64,000 nt of DNA from an uncultured Actinomycetes bacterium (GCA_963781615.1 CAWAGI010000007.1:87652-151651); one strand, 5' to 3'; shown: positions 18,725-29,134, numbered from the stretch's first letter. Numbers and translations: made by a program. The notes: generated by a model from the letters alone, not told the origin.

Positions 18725-19640
18725 CTACCCAGATGCCGCCGCGCGCACGGCCGGCGCAACGTCGGCCATGAACCGTTCGAGCGTGCCGGCGTCGCCGAAG
18801 TCGTGGAACTGCAGCACGAACCCGCGAACGCCCGCGCTCGACGTCGGCCACGAGCGCGGCCGCCACCTCATCCGCAGTGCCGGTCACCACGCCGCCCCAA
18901 CTGCCGAAGCGGCGTCGCGCCACCTCTTCGACCTCCTGGCGGTCGCCGGCTCCCGCCGCCAACCCGATCGGGTGCTGCACGGAGACGCGCGCGTCACCCG
19001 CGAGGGTGGCGAGGTCGCCGATCCGGTCGGTGGCATACGACGGGCAGTTCCACCAGTCGGCGTATTCGCGCACGAGCGGCATCGTGAGCCTCGGGCCGGC
19101 CCCGCCGATGTGCACGGGGATGTGCGCTTGCGCGGGGACGGGCCGGCCGATCGCACCCTCGAGCCGGTAGTGCTCGCCCGTGTAGTCGAACGGCTCACCG
19201 GCGAACATCCGCGGGAGGATCTCGAGCGTCTCGCGGAGCCGAGCGGCCCGCTCCGGCGCCGGCCGGGCGTCGATGCCGAAGGCGCGGAACTCGGCGTCGA
19301 CCGAGCCCCAGCCGAGGCCGAGCTCGAGGCGTCCGTTGCTCAGCGCGTCGACGGTTGCGGCCATTTTCCCCAGCACCGCAGGGTGGCGGAACGGGTCCGC
19401 CGTGACCAGGTGGCCGAGGCGGATCCCGTTCGTGCGCGTGGCGAGCCCGGCCGCGAGCGTCCAGCCCTCGAACGTGTCCCATTGCGGCGCGGCGGGCGCC
19501 GCCAGGTGGTCCATGAGCCAGACCGAGTCGAACCCGGCCGTCTCCGCCGCGAGCGTGCGCTCGAGGATCGTGTCGAACGACATGCGCAGCTGCGGAAGAA
19601 ACAGCCCGAACCACACGCTGACGTCGCTGACAGTCGACAC
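18725..19640 (-). pseudogene. LLM-class (luciferase-like) flavin/F420-dependent oxidoreductase, frame broken near 18830 as sequenced
   Basis: The N-terminal 270 codons of ORF 18291..19640 are typical (AGFDSVWLMDHL, LGLGWG). After VADVERG the shifted frame gives VRGFVLQFHDFGDAGTLERFMADVAPAVRAAASG, with stop TAG at 18725-18727, a typical LLM C-terminus. Confidence 0.75.
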
Positions 19641-19728
19641 GACGGGACGTTACCGTCGTGGAGACGGCCGCTTCGCCGACCGCCGGAGCCGAGCCGGAGC
19701 TCGCCGACGGCGCCAAAGGAGGACTCCG

Positions 19729-20478
19729 GTGAACCTGGAAGGAACCGTCGCCATGATCACCGGGGGCGCGAGCGGCATCGGCGCCGCCACCGCCACCCGG
19801 CTCCGCGCCGCCGGGGCGCGCGTCGCCGTCCTCGACCTGCAGGCGCAGGACGGGCAGGGCGACCTGGCCGTGAAGTGCGACGTCGGTGACGAGGGCGACG
19901 TCGTCGCGGCCGTGCAGCAGGTGGTCGACGAGCTCGGCGCGCCCGACGTCGCCGTGCTGGCGGCCGGGGTGGGCGGCATGTCCCCGATCCTGCAGATGAG
20001 CGCGGACGAGTGGGACCGGGTCCAACGCGTGAACATCCGCGGCGTGTTCCTGTGCCTGCGCGAGGCGGCGCGGGCGATGGTGGCCGCCGGACAGCCCGGT
20101 GCCATCGTCGCGACCGGGTCGGTCTCGGGGATCGTCAGCGATCGGGGCATCGTCCACTACTCGACGTCGAAGGCAGCCGTGCACCAGCTGGTGCGGGTGG
20201 CGGCGGCCGAGATGGGCCACCACGGCATCCGCGTCAACGCGATCGCCCCCGGATGCACCGACACGCCGATGTTCGCGGTCACGGATCAGCTGCCGGGCTA
20301 CCGCGAGCTCGTCTCGGAACGCGCCGCGCTCGGACGGGTCGGGACCGCGGACGACATCGCCCGGGCGATCCTGGCGCTCCTCGAGCTGGACTGGGTCACC
20401 GGCAACGTGCTCGTCGCCGATGGTGGTATCACACTCCGGAGCCCGCTCGATCCCACCGAAATGCTCGAGGGCGCCTGA
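19729..20478 (+). CDS. SDR-family oxidoreductase
   Basis: GTG 19729 after AAAGGAGGA. Motifs: TGGASGIGAAT, YSTSKAAV, PGCTDTPM. Confidence 0.85.
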   Translation: MNLEGTVAMITGGASGIGAATATRLRAAGARVAVLDLQAQDGQGDLAVKCDVGDEGDVVAAVQQVVDELGAPDVAVLAAGVGGMSPILQMSADEWDRVQRVNIRGVFLCLREAARAMVAAGQPGAIVATGSVSGIVSDRGIVHYSTSKAAVHQLVRVAAAEMGHHGIRVNAIAPGCTDTPMFAVTDQLPGYRELVSERAALGRVGTADDIARAILALLELDWVTGNVLVADGGITLRSPLDPTEMLEGA

Positions 20479-20479
20479 C

Positions 20480-20929
20480 GTGGCGCACGTCCACCACAGC
20501 GCGATCTACGCGCGCGACGTCGACGCCAGTCTCCTCTTCTACCGCGACGGGCTCGGCCTCGAGGTGCTGATGGACCACGAGTTCGACGGCGACTGGGGCA
20601 CGTTGTTCGACGCTCCCGCCGATCGGTTGCGCTCGGTGTTCCTCGGTGACCCCGCCGCCCCCGACGCCGGGATCGTCGAGCTGGTGACGTTCGCCGGCGC
20701 CGGCGCCGATCGTGTGCCGCGGCCAGCTTCGCCTCGCCCCGGCTTCCTCCTCCTCTCGTTCTTCGTCGACGTCGACGCCACGCTGGCGCGGCTCGCGGCG
20801 CTCGGGCTCGGCGGCCAGGAACGGCGGATCCGTGTGCCCGGTCCCGGTGGCGACGTCGACATGGTCACGGTCCGTGACCCCGACGGCGTGCTCGTCGAGC
20901 TCGTCGGGATCACGAGGATGCCGACGTAA
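20480..20929 (+). CDS. VOC-family (glyoxalase/bleomycin resistance/dioxygenase) protein
   Basis: GTG 20480, two nt after the SDR stop. VHHSAIYARDVDASLLFYRDGLGLEV and DPDGVLVEL are VOC hallmarks. Confidence 0.75.
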   Translation: MAHVHHSAIYARDVDASLLFYRDGLGLEVLMDHEFDGDWGTLFDAPADRLRSVFLGDPAAPDAGIVELVTFAGAGADRVPRPASPRPGFLLLSFFVDVDATLARLAALGLGGQERRIRVPGPGGDVDMVTVRDPDGVLVELVGITRMPT

Positions 20930-20936
20930 GAACGCG

Positions 20937-21683
20937 TCAGGCGATGGTCGCGCCGCCGTCGACCGCGATGGTCTGGCCCGTGACGTCGGCGGCCGCATCG
21001 GAGAGCAGGAACGCGGCCACCGACGCGATCTCCTCCGGCTGCGCCACCCGCTGCAGCGGTACCGAACGCTCGATCCGCCGCCGCGCCTCGGGCGTGCTCC
21101 ACGCGCCCATCGTCATCGGAGTATCGACGCTGCCGGGACAGATGCAGTTGACCCGGACGCCCTGCGGCCCGTACTGCACCGCGGCGATCCGCGTGAGCGC
21201 CGCCACCCCGCCCTTGCTCGCCGTGTAGCCCGGGCCGTAGCCGTGGCCCTTGAGGGCGGCGGTCGACGCGATCGTCACGACCGCGCCCCGGCGTTCGACG
21301 AGGTGCGGCAGGGCGTGCTTGACGGCGAGGAACGTGCCCACGAGGTTCACGCGCAGCACGAACAGGAAGTCGTCGAGCTCGACCTCGCCGAGCGGGCGAA
21401 GGTCGTTGCCGTGGAAGACACCGGCGCTGGTGAGCACGCCGTCGAGCCCGCCGAAGGCGTCGACTGCGGCGGCGACCGCCGCCTCGACCTCGCCCTCGCT
21501 CCCGACGTCGGCGGGCACGGCAAGCGCGGTGCCGCCACCGTCGGTGATCTCGCGTGCGACGTCGCGAGCGGCGTCGGCGGCGCGGTCGACCACGGTGACC
21601 GATGCGCCGTCACGCGCCAGCAGACGCGCAGCCGCGCGCCCCATGCCGCTCGCGCCTCCGGTGACGAGCATGCTCCGGGCCAT
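20937..21683 (-). CDS. SDR-family oxidoreductase
   Basis: TGGASGMGRAAA, YTASKGGV and PGSVDTPM motifs. Confidence 0.85.
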   Translation of the reverse strand: MARSMLVTGGASGMGRAAARLLARDGASVTVVDRAADAARDVAREITDGGGTALAVPADVGSEGEVEAAVAAAVDAFGGLDGVLTSAGVFHGNDLRPLGEVELDDFLFVLRVNLVGTFLAVKHALPHLVERRGAVVTIASTAALKGHGYGPGYTASKGGVAALTRIAAVQYGPQGVRVNCICPGSVDTPMTMGAWSTPEARRRIERSVPLQRVAQPEEIASVAAFLLSDAAADVTGQTIAVDGGATIA

Positions 21684-22764
21684 GAGTCGCGCACGCTATC
21701 CCGCTACCGTTCGACGCGTGAGCGAGCCCGCGCTGGTCGGCATCGTCCGCATCTACCAGCTCGCGTGCAGCGGCATGGGGTCACCCTTCTATGCCGGCCT
21801 CCTCGAGCGCATGGCCGACGACGTCGTCACCGGCGGACCGATCGGCCGCTTCCTCGCCGAGCAGCTCGATTCCACCTACGAGGACGCGGTGCCGCTGCGC
21901 TTCCTCGGGGGCGTCCACCGGTTGGTGCTCGCCGGGAGCGCACCCGAGCTCGCGGCGCGTTTCCCGTCGGTCGGCGGCGACGGCGACGCCGGTGCCGCGT
22001 GGCCCGCCGTGCTCGCGGTGCTCGACGAGCACGAGGCCGCGATCCGCGACGCGCTCACGCGGCCACCCCAGACGAACGAGGTGGGCCGCTCGGCGGCGCT
22101 CGTCGGGGGCTTTCTCCTCGTGGCGCGCGACGCGCGACTCCCGTTGCGCGTGCTCGAAGTGGGCAGCAGCGCAGGACTGAACCTGCGGTTCGACCGCTAC
22201 TGGTACGAGTCGGACGGCGCCGGGTACGGGGACGCAGCGTCGCCCGTGCGCTTCGCCGGCCTGTGGGAGGAGGGCCGGCCCCCGTTCGACGCCGAGCTCA
22301 CGATCGCCGAACGCCGCGGCTGTGACCGCGACCCGATCGACGCCGGTGCCGAGGACGGCCGGCTCACGCTCCTCTCCTATGTGTGGCCGGGTCAGACCCA
22401 TCGCTTCGAGATGCTGCGCGCCGCACTCGACGTGGCGCGTGCCGTCCCGGTCACGATCGACCGTGCCGACATCCCCGACTGGCTCGGACGTCAGCTCGGC
22501 GAGCCCGCGCCCGGCCGCGCCACGGTCGTCTTCCACTCCATCGTGTGGCAGTACCTGACCGACGAGGAGCGCGCGACGGCGGAGGCGGCGCTGGCGGCCG
22601 CCGGCCGGGCGGCGACCGGCGACGCGCCGCTGGCGTGGCTGCGGCTCGAGCCGTCAGCCGACCTCACGCACGCCGAGTTGCGCCTCACGACGTGGCCGGG
22701 TGGCGCGGAGCAGCTCCTCGCCCGGTGCCACTACCACCTCGGGCCCGTGCAATGGGTGGCCTGA
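21682..22764 (+). CDS. DUF2332-like protein
   Basis: In frame within ORF 21250..22764. The start is uncertain (ATG 21682 or GTG 21718). SPFYAGLLERMADDV, NEVGRSAAL, LEVGSSAGLNL and SYVWPGQ resemble DUF2332. Confidence 0.6.
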   Translation: MSRARYPATVRRVSEPALVGIVRIYQLACSGMGSPFYAGLLERMADDVVTGGPIGRFLAEQLDSTYEDAVPLRFLGGVHRLVLAGSAPELAARFPSVGGDGDAGAAWPAVLAVLDEHEAAIRDALTRPPQTNEVGRSAALVGGFLLVARDARLPLRVLEVGSSAGLNLRFDRYWYESDGAGYGDAASPVRFAGLWEEGRPPFDAELTIAERRGCDRDPIDAGAEDGRLTLLSYVWPGQTHRFEMLRAALDVARAVPVTIDRADIPDWLGRQLGEPAPGRATVVFHSIVWQYLTDEERATAEAALAAAGRAATGDAPLAWLRLEPSADLTHAELRLTTWPGGAEQLLARCHYHLGPVQWVA

Positions 22765-22774
22765 GTGGCCGCGC

Positions 22775-23450
22775 TCAGGCCGCCGGCGCCGGGCTCCGGA
22801 GCATCACGATCCCGACGACCAGCATCCACAGCACGAACAGGGCCAGCGGGATGAAGAACAAGCCCCCGAGGAGGACGATGACGCCGGCCACGTAGCCGGT
22901 GATCACGAGCCACCGTGGGAGCAGGGCGGAGCGGCCTCCCGCTGCCGACGACGTGATGATGAGCAAGCCGGCTGCGGCTGCCCCGAACAGGACCAGAGCG
23001 CCGATCCCGAGGCTCTCGAAGGTGCGGAGGACGTCGGCGTCTCGAACGACCGGGGCATCGCCGAACTCGACGCTGGCCGAGACGGAGGCGGTGCCGAGCG
23101 CCGCGACCGCGAGCATCGCCACGAACAGCAATCCGCTCGCGAACGCCGTCGTGCCGACCCATTCGCGCGCCGGATCCCGCGTTCCGAAGGCGTTCTCGGA
23201 GCACGCCGAGGAAGACGAGGAAGGCCAGCGCGGCGAGCGCCAGCACGATCGCGCCGATGATGATCATCCTGCGGTTGTCGCTGTCGGCGTAATACCGGAG
23301 CCACTTCAGGTTCGACTCGTCCCCGTCCGGCGTGTCCGAGACGAACAGGAAGCCGACGACGAACAGCACCGCGAACACGATCGCGGCGATGCCGCCCCAC
23401 AGATGCGATGAACCGCGCGTCGACGTCCTCGGAGTCGCTGGAGTTGCCAT
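22775..23450 (-). pseudogene. hypothetical multi-pass membrane protein, frame broken near 23165 as sequenced
   Basis: ATG 23450 after GAGGAGGA gives MATPATPRTSTRGSSHLWGGIAAIVFAVLFVVGF...VLRERLRNAGSG. The other frame continues with EWVGTTAFASGLLFVAMLAVAALG... (ORF 22775..23131). Together they make about 225 aa with four hydrophobic helices. Confidence 0.6.
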
Positions 23451-23522
23451 GTGTTCCTCCTCAGCCCGTAGGCACTTTCCGCCGGGTGACCGTCTAGTCC
23501 ACGCCCGACGCTCTCGCAACGG

Positions 23523-24329
23523 TCACGTGCCGAGCGCGCCGAGCATCTGCGTGAGGCGGTCGATGCTGCGCCGGCATGCCGACTCGTATCCCTCCTCGTC
23601 GATGCGGGGACCGATGAGCTCGAGGTCGAAGCAGCCGTCGTAACCCGCTGCCAGCACGTCGGCGAGGATCCCCTCGAGGGGGATGTCGCCGTCACCGGGG
23701 ACGAGCCGGTTGGGTGTCGACAGCGTTCCGACGGCGTAGTCGCTGACCTGGACCAGTCGCAGGACGTCGGCCCCCGCCGTGATCGTCTCGGCGAGGCCCC
23801 TCTCGGCCCAGCACACGTTGACCTCCATGCAGACGCCGGCGTCGAGGCGCCGGGCGAGGTCGATCGCGTCGGCGAGGGTGTGGACGAAGCCGACGTCGAC
23901 CCGGAGCGGGTTGGTGTGCTCGATCGCGAACGGCACCTGGCGGGAGCGCGCTTCGGGGAGCACCGGCGCCAGCGCCGCCTCGAGCGCGTCGGCCGCCTCG
24001 TCCCACGGGAGCGGGCCGGCGGGACCGGTCGTGAACACGAGGCACTCGGCGCCGACGTCGGTCGCCGTGTCGAGGGCCCGCACGATCCGTTCCCGCTGTG
24101 CGCCCCAGCGGGCGGGCTCGGCGAGATGGAACGGGCCGAGGCCGATGAGGTTCGTCACCCGCAACCCGGCGTCGGCCACCCGGCGCGCGCCGTCTTCCCA
24201 GCCGAATCGCTCGAGCTTCGCGACCGAGATGCCCACGTTCGTGATCCCGGCGTCGGCGTAGAACGCGAGGTCCGCGTCGAGCTCCCACGAGAAGGTCGAG
24301 ATCGCGCTGAGCGAGACCCGCGCGTGCAT
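23523..24329 (-). CDS. sugar phosphate isomerase/epimerase (xylose isomerase-like TIM barrel)
   Basis: 268-aa ORF with AIEHTNP, CMEVNVCW and DGCFDLEL patterns typical of AP endonuclease 2 / xylose isomerase-like barrels. Confidence 0.7.
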   Translation of the reverse strand: MHARVSLSAISTFSWELDADLAFYADAGITNVGISVAKLERFGWEDGARRVADAGLRVTNLIGLGPFHLAEPARWGAQRERIVRALDTATDVGAECLVFTTGPAGPLPWDEAADALEAALAPVLPEARSRQVPFAIEHTNPLRVDVGFVHTLADAIDLARRLDAGVCMEVNVCWAERGLAETITAGADVLRLVQVSDYAVGTLSTPNRLVPGDGDIPLEGILADVLAAGYDGCFDLELIGPRIDEEGYESACRRSIDRLTQMLGALGT

Positions 24330-24335
24330 GGGCGG

Positions 24336-25151
24336 TCAGCCCAGCGTCAGTCCACGCGCCGCGCTGCCGCCGCCGTCGAGCGCGAGGTTGACGCCGGTGA
24401 CGAACTCGGACTCGCGGCTGGCGAGGTATACGGCGGCGTGTGCGACGTCGCTCGCCTCCCCGAGGCGCGTGAGGTGCATGCCTTCGAGGCGGGCGCGCCG
24501 TTCGTCGCCGAGCTCGGCGTCACGCCGTTCGTTGAGGACGTATCCGGGGCTGATCGTGTTGCACCGGACGTTGCCTTCGGCGTAGTCGACGGCGATCGAA
24601 CGGGTCAGCGCGTTGAGCCCTCCCTTGGCGGCGATGTAGGCGGAGAGCCCCGGGCTCGCCCGCTCCGCGGCGCGCGACGAGATGTTGACGATCGAACCGT
24701 GCCCGGCCTCGATCATGTGCGGGATCGCGGCGCGCGCGAGCCACATCGGAGCCGTGAGGCCCACTCGCAACGTGGCCTCCCAGCTCGACGTGGTCAATGC
24801 GGCGACGGGGCCGTCGGCTTCGTCGACGGTGGACCCCACGGCGTTGTTGACGAGCACGGTGAGCCCGCCCCACTGCTCGACGGCGGCGGAGACGAGCTGG
24901 GAGCACGCCGCCTCGTCGGAAAGGTCGGCGGCATGGAACGCGGCGTCGCCGCCGCTTCCGGTGATCGTGTCGACGACGGCTGCGCCGCGTCCTTCGTCGC
25001 GCCCCGTGACGACGACGCGGGCTCCTTCCGCCGCGAACGCGTTTGCGATCGCCTTCCCGATGCCGGCGGTGGAGCCGGTCACGAGCGCGATCTCCCCCTC
25101 GAGGCGCACGGCGGGACCGTACACCGGGCCCTCGACGAGGACGGTGGGCAT
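24336..25151 (-). CDS. SDR-family oxidoreductase
   Basis: ATG 25149-25151 inside ORF 24336..25595. Motifs: TGSTAGIGKAIA, NNAV, YIAAKGGL. Confidence 0.85.
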   Translation of the reverse strand: MPTVLVEGPVYGPAVRLEGEIALVTGSTAGIGKAIANAFAAEGARVVVTGRDEGRGAAVVDTITGSGGDAAFHAADLSDEAACSQLVSAAVEQWGGLTVLVNNAVGSTVDEADGPVAALTTSSWEATLRVGLTAPMWLARAAIPHMIEAGHGSIVNISSRAAERASPGLSAYIAAKGGLNALTRSIAVDYAEGNVRCNTISPGYVLNERRDAELGDERRARLEGMHLTRLGEASDVAHAAVYLASRESEFVTGVNLALDGGGSAARGLTLG

Positions 25152-25181
25152 GGCCGCCGTCGCCGCGACCAGACTGCGCCG

Positions 25182-26505
25182 GTGGCGCACGCCCATGGGG
25201 ACGGACGGGTCGCGATACCTCGGCGGACGCGCCGTCTCCTCACGACGGTGTCCGTCGTGCTCGGCATCGCGACCCTGACCGGGGTCGTGCTCCTGCGATC
25301 GCCGGGCGACGTCGGCAAGCGGACCGGTCCCGACATCGGTCTGGTCAGCCGTGTCTACGACGCGACCGTCGCCTCCACCCGGACGGGGCCGTGCGCGAAC
25401 ACGACGGAAGCCGATCGCATCCCCTGCGAGCACGTCCGCTTCCGGCTCAATCAGGGCCCGGACAAGGGCAAGACCACGTCGATCGACTTCCCGCGCTCGC
25501 CGACGACGCCCCACCTCGACAAGGGCGATGACGTGGTCCTGTCGTACGAGCCGAGGGCGGAGCCGGGCTTCCGGTACCAGTTCGCCGACCGGCAACGCCG
25601 GCCGGTGCTGCTGTGGCTGGCGGTCATCTTCGCCGTGGCCGTCGTGGCGCTCGGACGCCTGCGCGGTCTCGCCGCGCTGGTCGGGCTGGCCGCCAGCATC
25701 GTCGTGCTGTTGACGTTCGTCTTACCCGCGATCCTCGACGGTCGGAGCCCGGTGCTCGTCGCCGTGTTCGGCGCAAGCGCGATCGCCTACCTGGCGCTGT
25801 ACCTCGCGAACGGGGTCAACACCCGGACGACGGTCGCACTGCTCGGCACGCTCGCCACGCTCGCGCTCACCGTGCTGCTCGCAAGCGTGTTCACGTCCCT
25901 CGCGCAGATCTCCGGATTCGCGAGCGAGGAAGCGCTGCTCGTGAAGATCGGGGAACGAGGCCTCGACCTCAGCGGCGTCGTCCTCGGCGGGATGGTGATC
26001 GGCGCGCTGGGCGCGCTCGACGACATGACGGTCACGCAGGCGGCGGCGGTGTGGGAGCTCCGATCGGCCAACCCACAGCTCCCACGTGGCGCGATCTTTC
26101 GCTCGGCCATGCGGATCGGGCGCGACCACGTCGCGTCGACGGTCAACACGCTCGCCCTCGCGTATGCGGGCGCCGCCTTGCCGTTGCTGATCCTGTTCGT
26201 GCAGTCGAGACAGTCGCTGGGAACAGTGGCGAACAGCGAAACGGTCGCGACGGAGATCCTCGAGCGCGCTCGTCGGCAGCATCGGCATCGTGGCATCGGT
26301 TCCACTCACGACGTGGCTCGCGGCGCGGGTCGTGGGCGAAGGCGGCCCACCCGGCCGTCGTCGGCGCGGCAGGGGCCCGAGGGAGCGCCCGTCGTCCCGA
26401 GCGCCCGTACCGCCCGATACGGAGTCCGAGTTCTGGGACGGACCCGGCGAGGACCACCCCGTGACGCCCTGGTCGGCGGCGCCACGGGGTCGCGAGCAGG
26501 ATTGA
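25182..26505 (+). pseudogene. YibE/F-family membrane protein, frame broken near 26268 as sequenced
   Basis: From GTG 25182 inside ORF 23880..26528: signal-anchor, periplasmic domain, then polytopic region (GALDDMTVTQAAAVWEL, HVASTVNTLALAYAGAALPLL). After TEILER the next frame gives LVGSIGIVASVPLTTWLAARVV... (ORF 26290..26505). Confidence 0.7.
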
Positions 26506-26600
26506 GGGCGGCACCGGGGACCGTCTAGCGTCGTGCGCCCATCTCTGGGTCGAAGGGCGGTCGCCGAGGCGGAGTCGGCGCGGCTGGTCTGGCGGGTGCG

Positions 26601-27470
26601 GTGGCGCTCGCCGTGCTCGCCGGCGTGTCGATCGGCTCTGCGCCCGCGCTCGCAGGCCCCGGCTCGGATCCGCAGAAGGCATCCGACTCCGCCGCCGCCA
26701 GCTACGAGGAGGCGCAGGTCCGGGTCGGCGAGCTCGACGGCGAGATCCGGCAGCTCGAGCAGCAGATCGCCGTGCTGAGAGCCGCGGCGCAGCGACGAGC
26801 CGTCAGCGCGTACAAAGACTCGGGTTCGAGCGCCGACCTCCTCACCGCGAGCGACGCGCCGATCGACGCCGCCCGGCGCGAGAAGCTGCTCAACGAGGCC
26901 AACGCGAGCGACAACGACGCCGTGATTCGTCTGGCGCGCGTGCAGGACGCGCTCAAGGCGCGTCGAGCCGAACAACAGGCGGCGCTCGACAAGTTCCGCG
27001 AGCAAGCCGCCCGTCTCGCGGCCGCCCAGAAGGCGCAGGCCGGGTACGCGCGCGACAACGCTCCGTCTCCCTCGTCCGCCGACGGGCTCATCTGTCCCGT
27101 CAGAGGCCCGGTGTCGTTCGTCGACTCCTGGCACGCGCCCCGTCCCGGCGGCCGGCCACACGAAGGCGTCGACCTCATGGCCCCGAGGGGCACGCCCAAC
27201 GTCGCCGTGGTCTCGGGCTCCGTGACGATGAAGTCGGGTGGCATCTCCGGCAACGGCGTGCATCTGCAGGGCGACAACGGTGACCTCTACTACTACTTCC
27301 ACCTCGACGCCTACGAGGGTGGCTCGCGCCGGGTCGCGCAGGGCGAAGTGATCGGATACACGGGCAACACCGGCGACGCGTCGGGCGGGGCGACCCACAC
27401 GCACTTCGAGGTCCACCCGGGAGGGGGCGGCGCGGTGAACCCGTATCCCGTCGTCCGCGGCATCTGCTGA
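26601..27470 (+). CDS. M23-family peptidoglycan metalloendopeptidase with N-terminal coiled coil
   Basis: LytM motifs HEGVDL and THTHFEV, plus a long coiled-coil N-terminal half. The start is uncertain (GTG 26601 leaves a short signal peptide). Confidence 0.8.
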   Translation: MALAVLAGVSIGSAPALAGPGSDPQKASDSAAASYEEAQVRVGELDGEIRQLEQQIAVLRAAAQRRAVSAYKDSGSSADLLTASDAPIDAARREKLLNEANASDNDAVIRLARVQDALKARRAEQQAALDKFREQAARLAAAQKAQAGYARDNAPSPSSADGLICPVRGPVSFVDSWHAPRPGGRPHEGVDLMAPRGTPNVAVVSGSVTMKSGGISGNGVHLQGDNGDLYYYFHLDAYEGGSRRVAQGEVIGYTGNTGDASGGATHTHFEVHPGGGGAVNPYPVVRGIC

Positions 27471-27491
27471 CGCCCCCGCTCGCGACGCTCC

Positions 27492-28361
27492 TCAGCCGGG
27501 CCCCGACAGGAGGGTGCCGGCGTCTTCGGAAGCGCGGCCCCGACGCAGGGCGGCGGCGATCGACGCAGCGGCGAACAGAGCGACTGTCACGAGCACGATC
27601 GCACCCCCGGCGGCGAGCGCCCACAGCCGGGCCGCGGCCAGACCGAGGACGACCGCGACCACGCCGACCGCGGCCGCGCCGAGTGTCGTGGTGCGGAACG
27701 ACCGCGCAACGACCCGGCTGGCGGCGACGGGCAGCACCATGAGCGCGGCGATGAGGAGCACGCCCGTCACCCGCATAGCGGCGGCGACGGTCACTGCCGT
27801 CAGCGCCGCGAGCAGAGCGTTCAGCGCCCCCACCGGGATGCCGGCGACGTGGGCGGCTTCCTCGTCGAGCACGACCGCGAGGAGCCCCCGCCGCGTGATC
27901 GCGATCGCGCCGATGATCAGCGCGCCGAGCGCGACGACCGTGTAGACGTCGTTCTCGGTCACGGTGAGGATCGAGCCGAAGAGGTACGGCTGCAGGTTGG
28001 TGTTGGTCGCCGAGCGCCCTGCGAGCACGACGCCGGCGGCGATGCCGCCGTAGAAGAACAGCGCCAGCGCCAGGTCGCCCGAGGTGCGCCCCCGCGACCG
28101 CAACCACTCGAGGGCCAATGCCGCGATGACGGCGACGACCAACGCCGTCCAGACGGGCGAGGTGCCGAACAGCAGTCCCGCGCCGATTCCGGCGACGGCG
28201 ACGTGGCCGATCCCGTCGCCGAGCAGCGACAGGCGCTTCTGCACCAGATACGTCCCGATGAGTGGAGCCGACGCGCCCACGGCGACACCGGCGATCAGCG
28301 CCAGCTGCATGTAGGTGGTGTCGAACGGCCACGGGAGGGGCCACGGCATCCCGGGCATCAC
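27492..28361 (-). CDS. znuB: metal (zinc/manganese) ABC transporter permease
   Basis: Polytopic ABC-3 family sequence (LLGDGIGHVAVAGIG, DEEAAHVAGIPV). The start overlaps the znuC stop. Confidence 0.85.
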   Translation of the reverse strand: MMPGMPWPLPWPFDTTYMQLALIAGVAVGASAPLIGTYLVQKRLSLLGDGIGHVAVAGIGAGLLFGTSPVWTALVVAVIAALALEWLRSRGRTSGDLALALFFYGGIAAGVVLAGRSATNTNLQPYLFGSILTVTENDVYTVVALGALIIGAIAITRRGLLAVVLDEEAAHVAGIPVGALNALLAALTAVTVAAAMRVTGVLLIAALMVLPVAASRVVARSFRTTTLGAAAVGVVAVVLGLAAARLWALAAGGAIVLVTVALFAAASIAAALRRGRASEDAGTLLSGPG

Positions 28362-29134
28362 GTCCCGCCGTTCTCGGTGAGCTCCTCCAACCAGCGGGGC
28401 AGGTCGTCTCGGTGCACTCCGAGGCTCACACCGGTCGCGGCGAGCTCGGCCGGCTTGCCGTCGAACTGCACGCGGCGACGCAAGACCACGACACGATCGA
28501 GATCGTCGGCGACCGCGCCGAGCTCGTGCGAGACGAGCAGGACGGCGGCGCCGTGCTCGCGCAGCAGATGCACGAGCGAATCGCGGAACAGTCGCTGCGC
28601 CTGCGCGTCGACACCGGCGATCGGCTCGTCGAGGATGAGCAGCTCGGGCTCCGTGACCAGCGCCTTGGCGATGAGCACGCGCTGCTGCTGCCCCCCGGAC
28701 AGCTCGGTCACCCGATGACTGCGCAGGTCGGCGAGCGCCACCGACTCCAGGGCGTGCGTGACTGCGTCACGGTCGACCGGTCGGGTCCGCCGCCACCACC
28801 CCTGTTTGGCGAGACGACCGGCGGCGACGACCTCCTCGACCGTGGCCGGCAGGTCGGGCGCCAACCGGGGGCGCTGGGGCACGTACCCCAGGCGCCAGCG
28901 CTCCGAGAGGCGGCGGGGCGGAGAGCCGAACAGCTCGACCCGGCCCGCCTGCGGGGACAGCAGTCCGAGCACGATGCGCAGGAACGTCGACTTCCCGGCG
29001 CCGTTCGGGCCGACGAGGGCGATGAACTCGCCCCGTGAGACCTCGAGCCCGACGTCCTCGAGGACGCGATGGGTGCCGAAGGCGAACGAGACGCCCTCTG
29101 CGCACAAGAGGGGATCGGCTACGGAGGTCTTCAT
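28358..29134 (-). CDS. znuC: metal ABC transporter ATP-binding protein
   Basis: Walker A GPNGAGKST, signature LSGGQQQRV, Walker B LLILDEP. Confidence 0.88.
   Translation of the reverse strand: MKTSVADPLLCAEGVSFAFGTHRVLEDVGLEVSRGEFIALVGPNGAGKSTFLRIVLGLLSPQAGRVELFGSPPRRLSERWRLGYVPQRPRLAPDLPATVEEVVAAGRLAKQGWWRRTRPVDRDAVTHALESVALADLRSHRVTELSGGQQQRVLIAKALVTEPELLILDEPIAGVDAQAQRLFRDSLVHLLREHGAAVLLVSHELGAVADDLDRVVVLRRRVQFDGKPAELAATGVSLGVHRDDLPRWLEELTENGGT

Noticed and set aside
18291-19640. A natural bifunctional LLM oxidoreductase-HIT hydrolase fusion protein.
   Set aside because: The 40-residue linker is Arg-rich out-of-frame-type sequence. A one-base shift restores a canonical LLM C-terminus with its own stop 11 nt before an independent HIT start.
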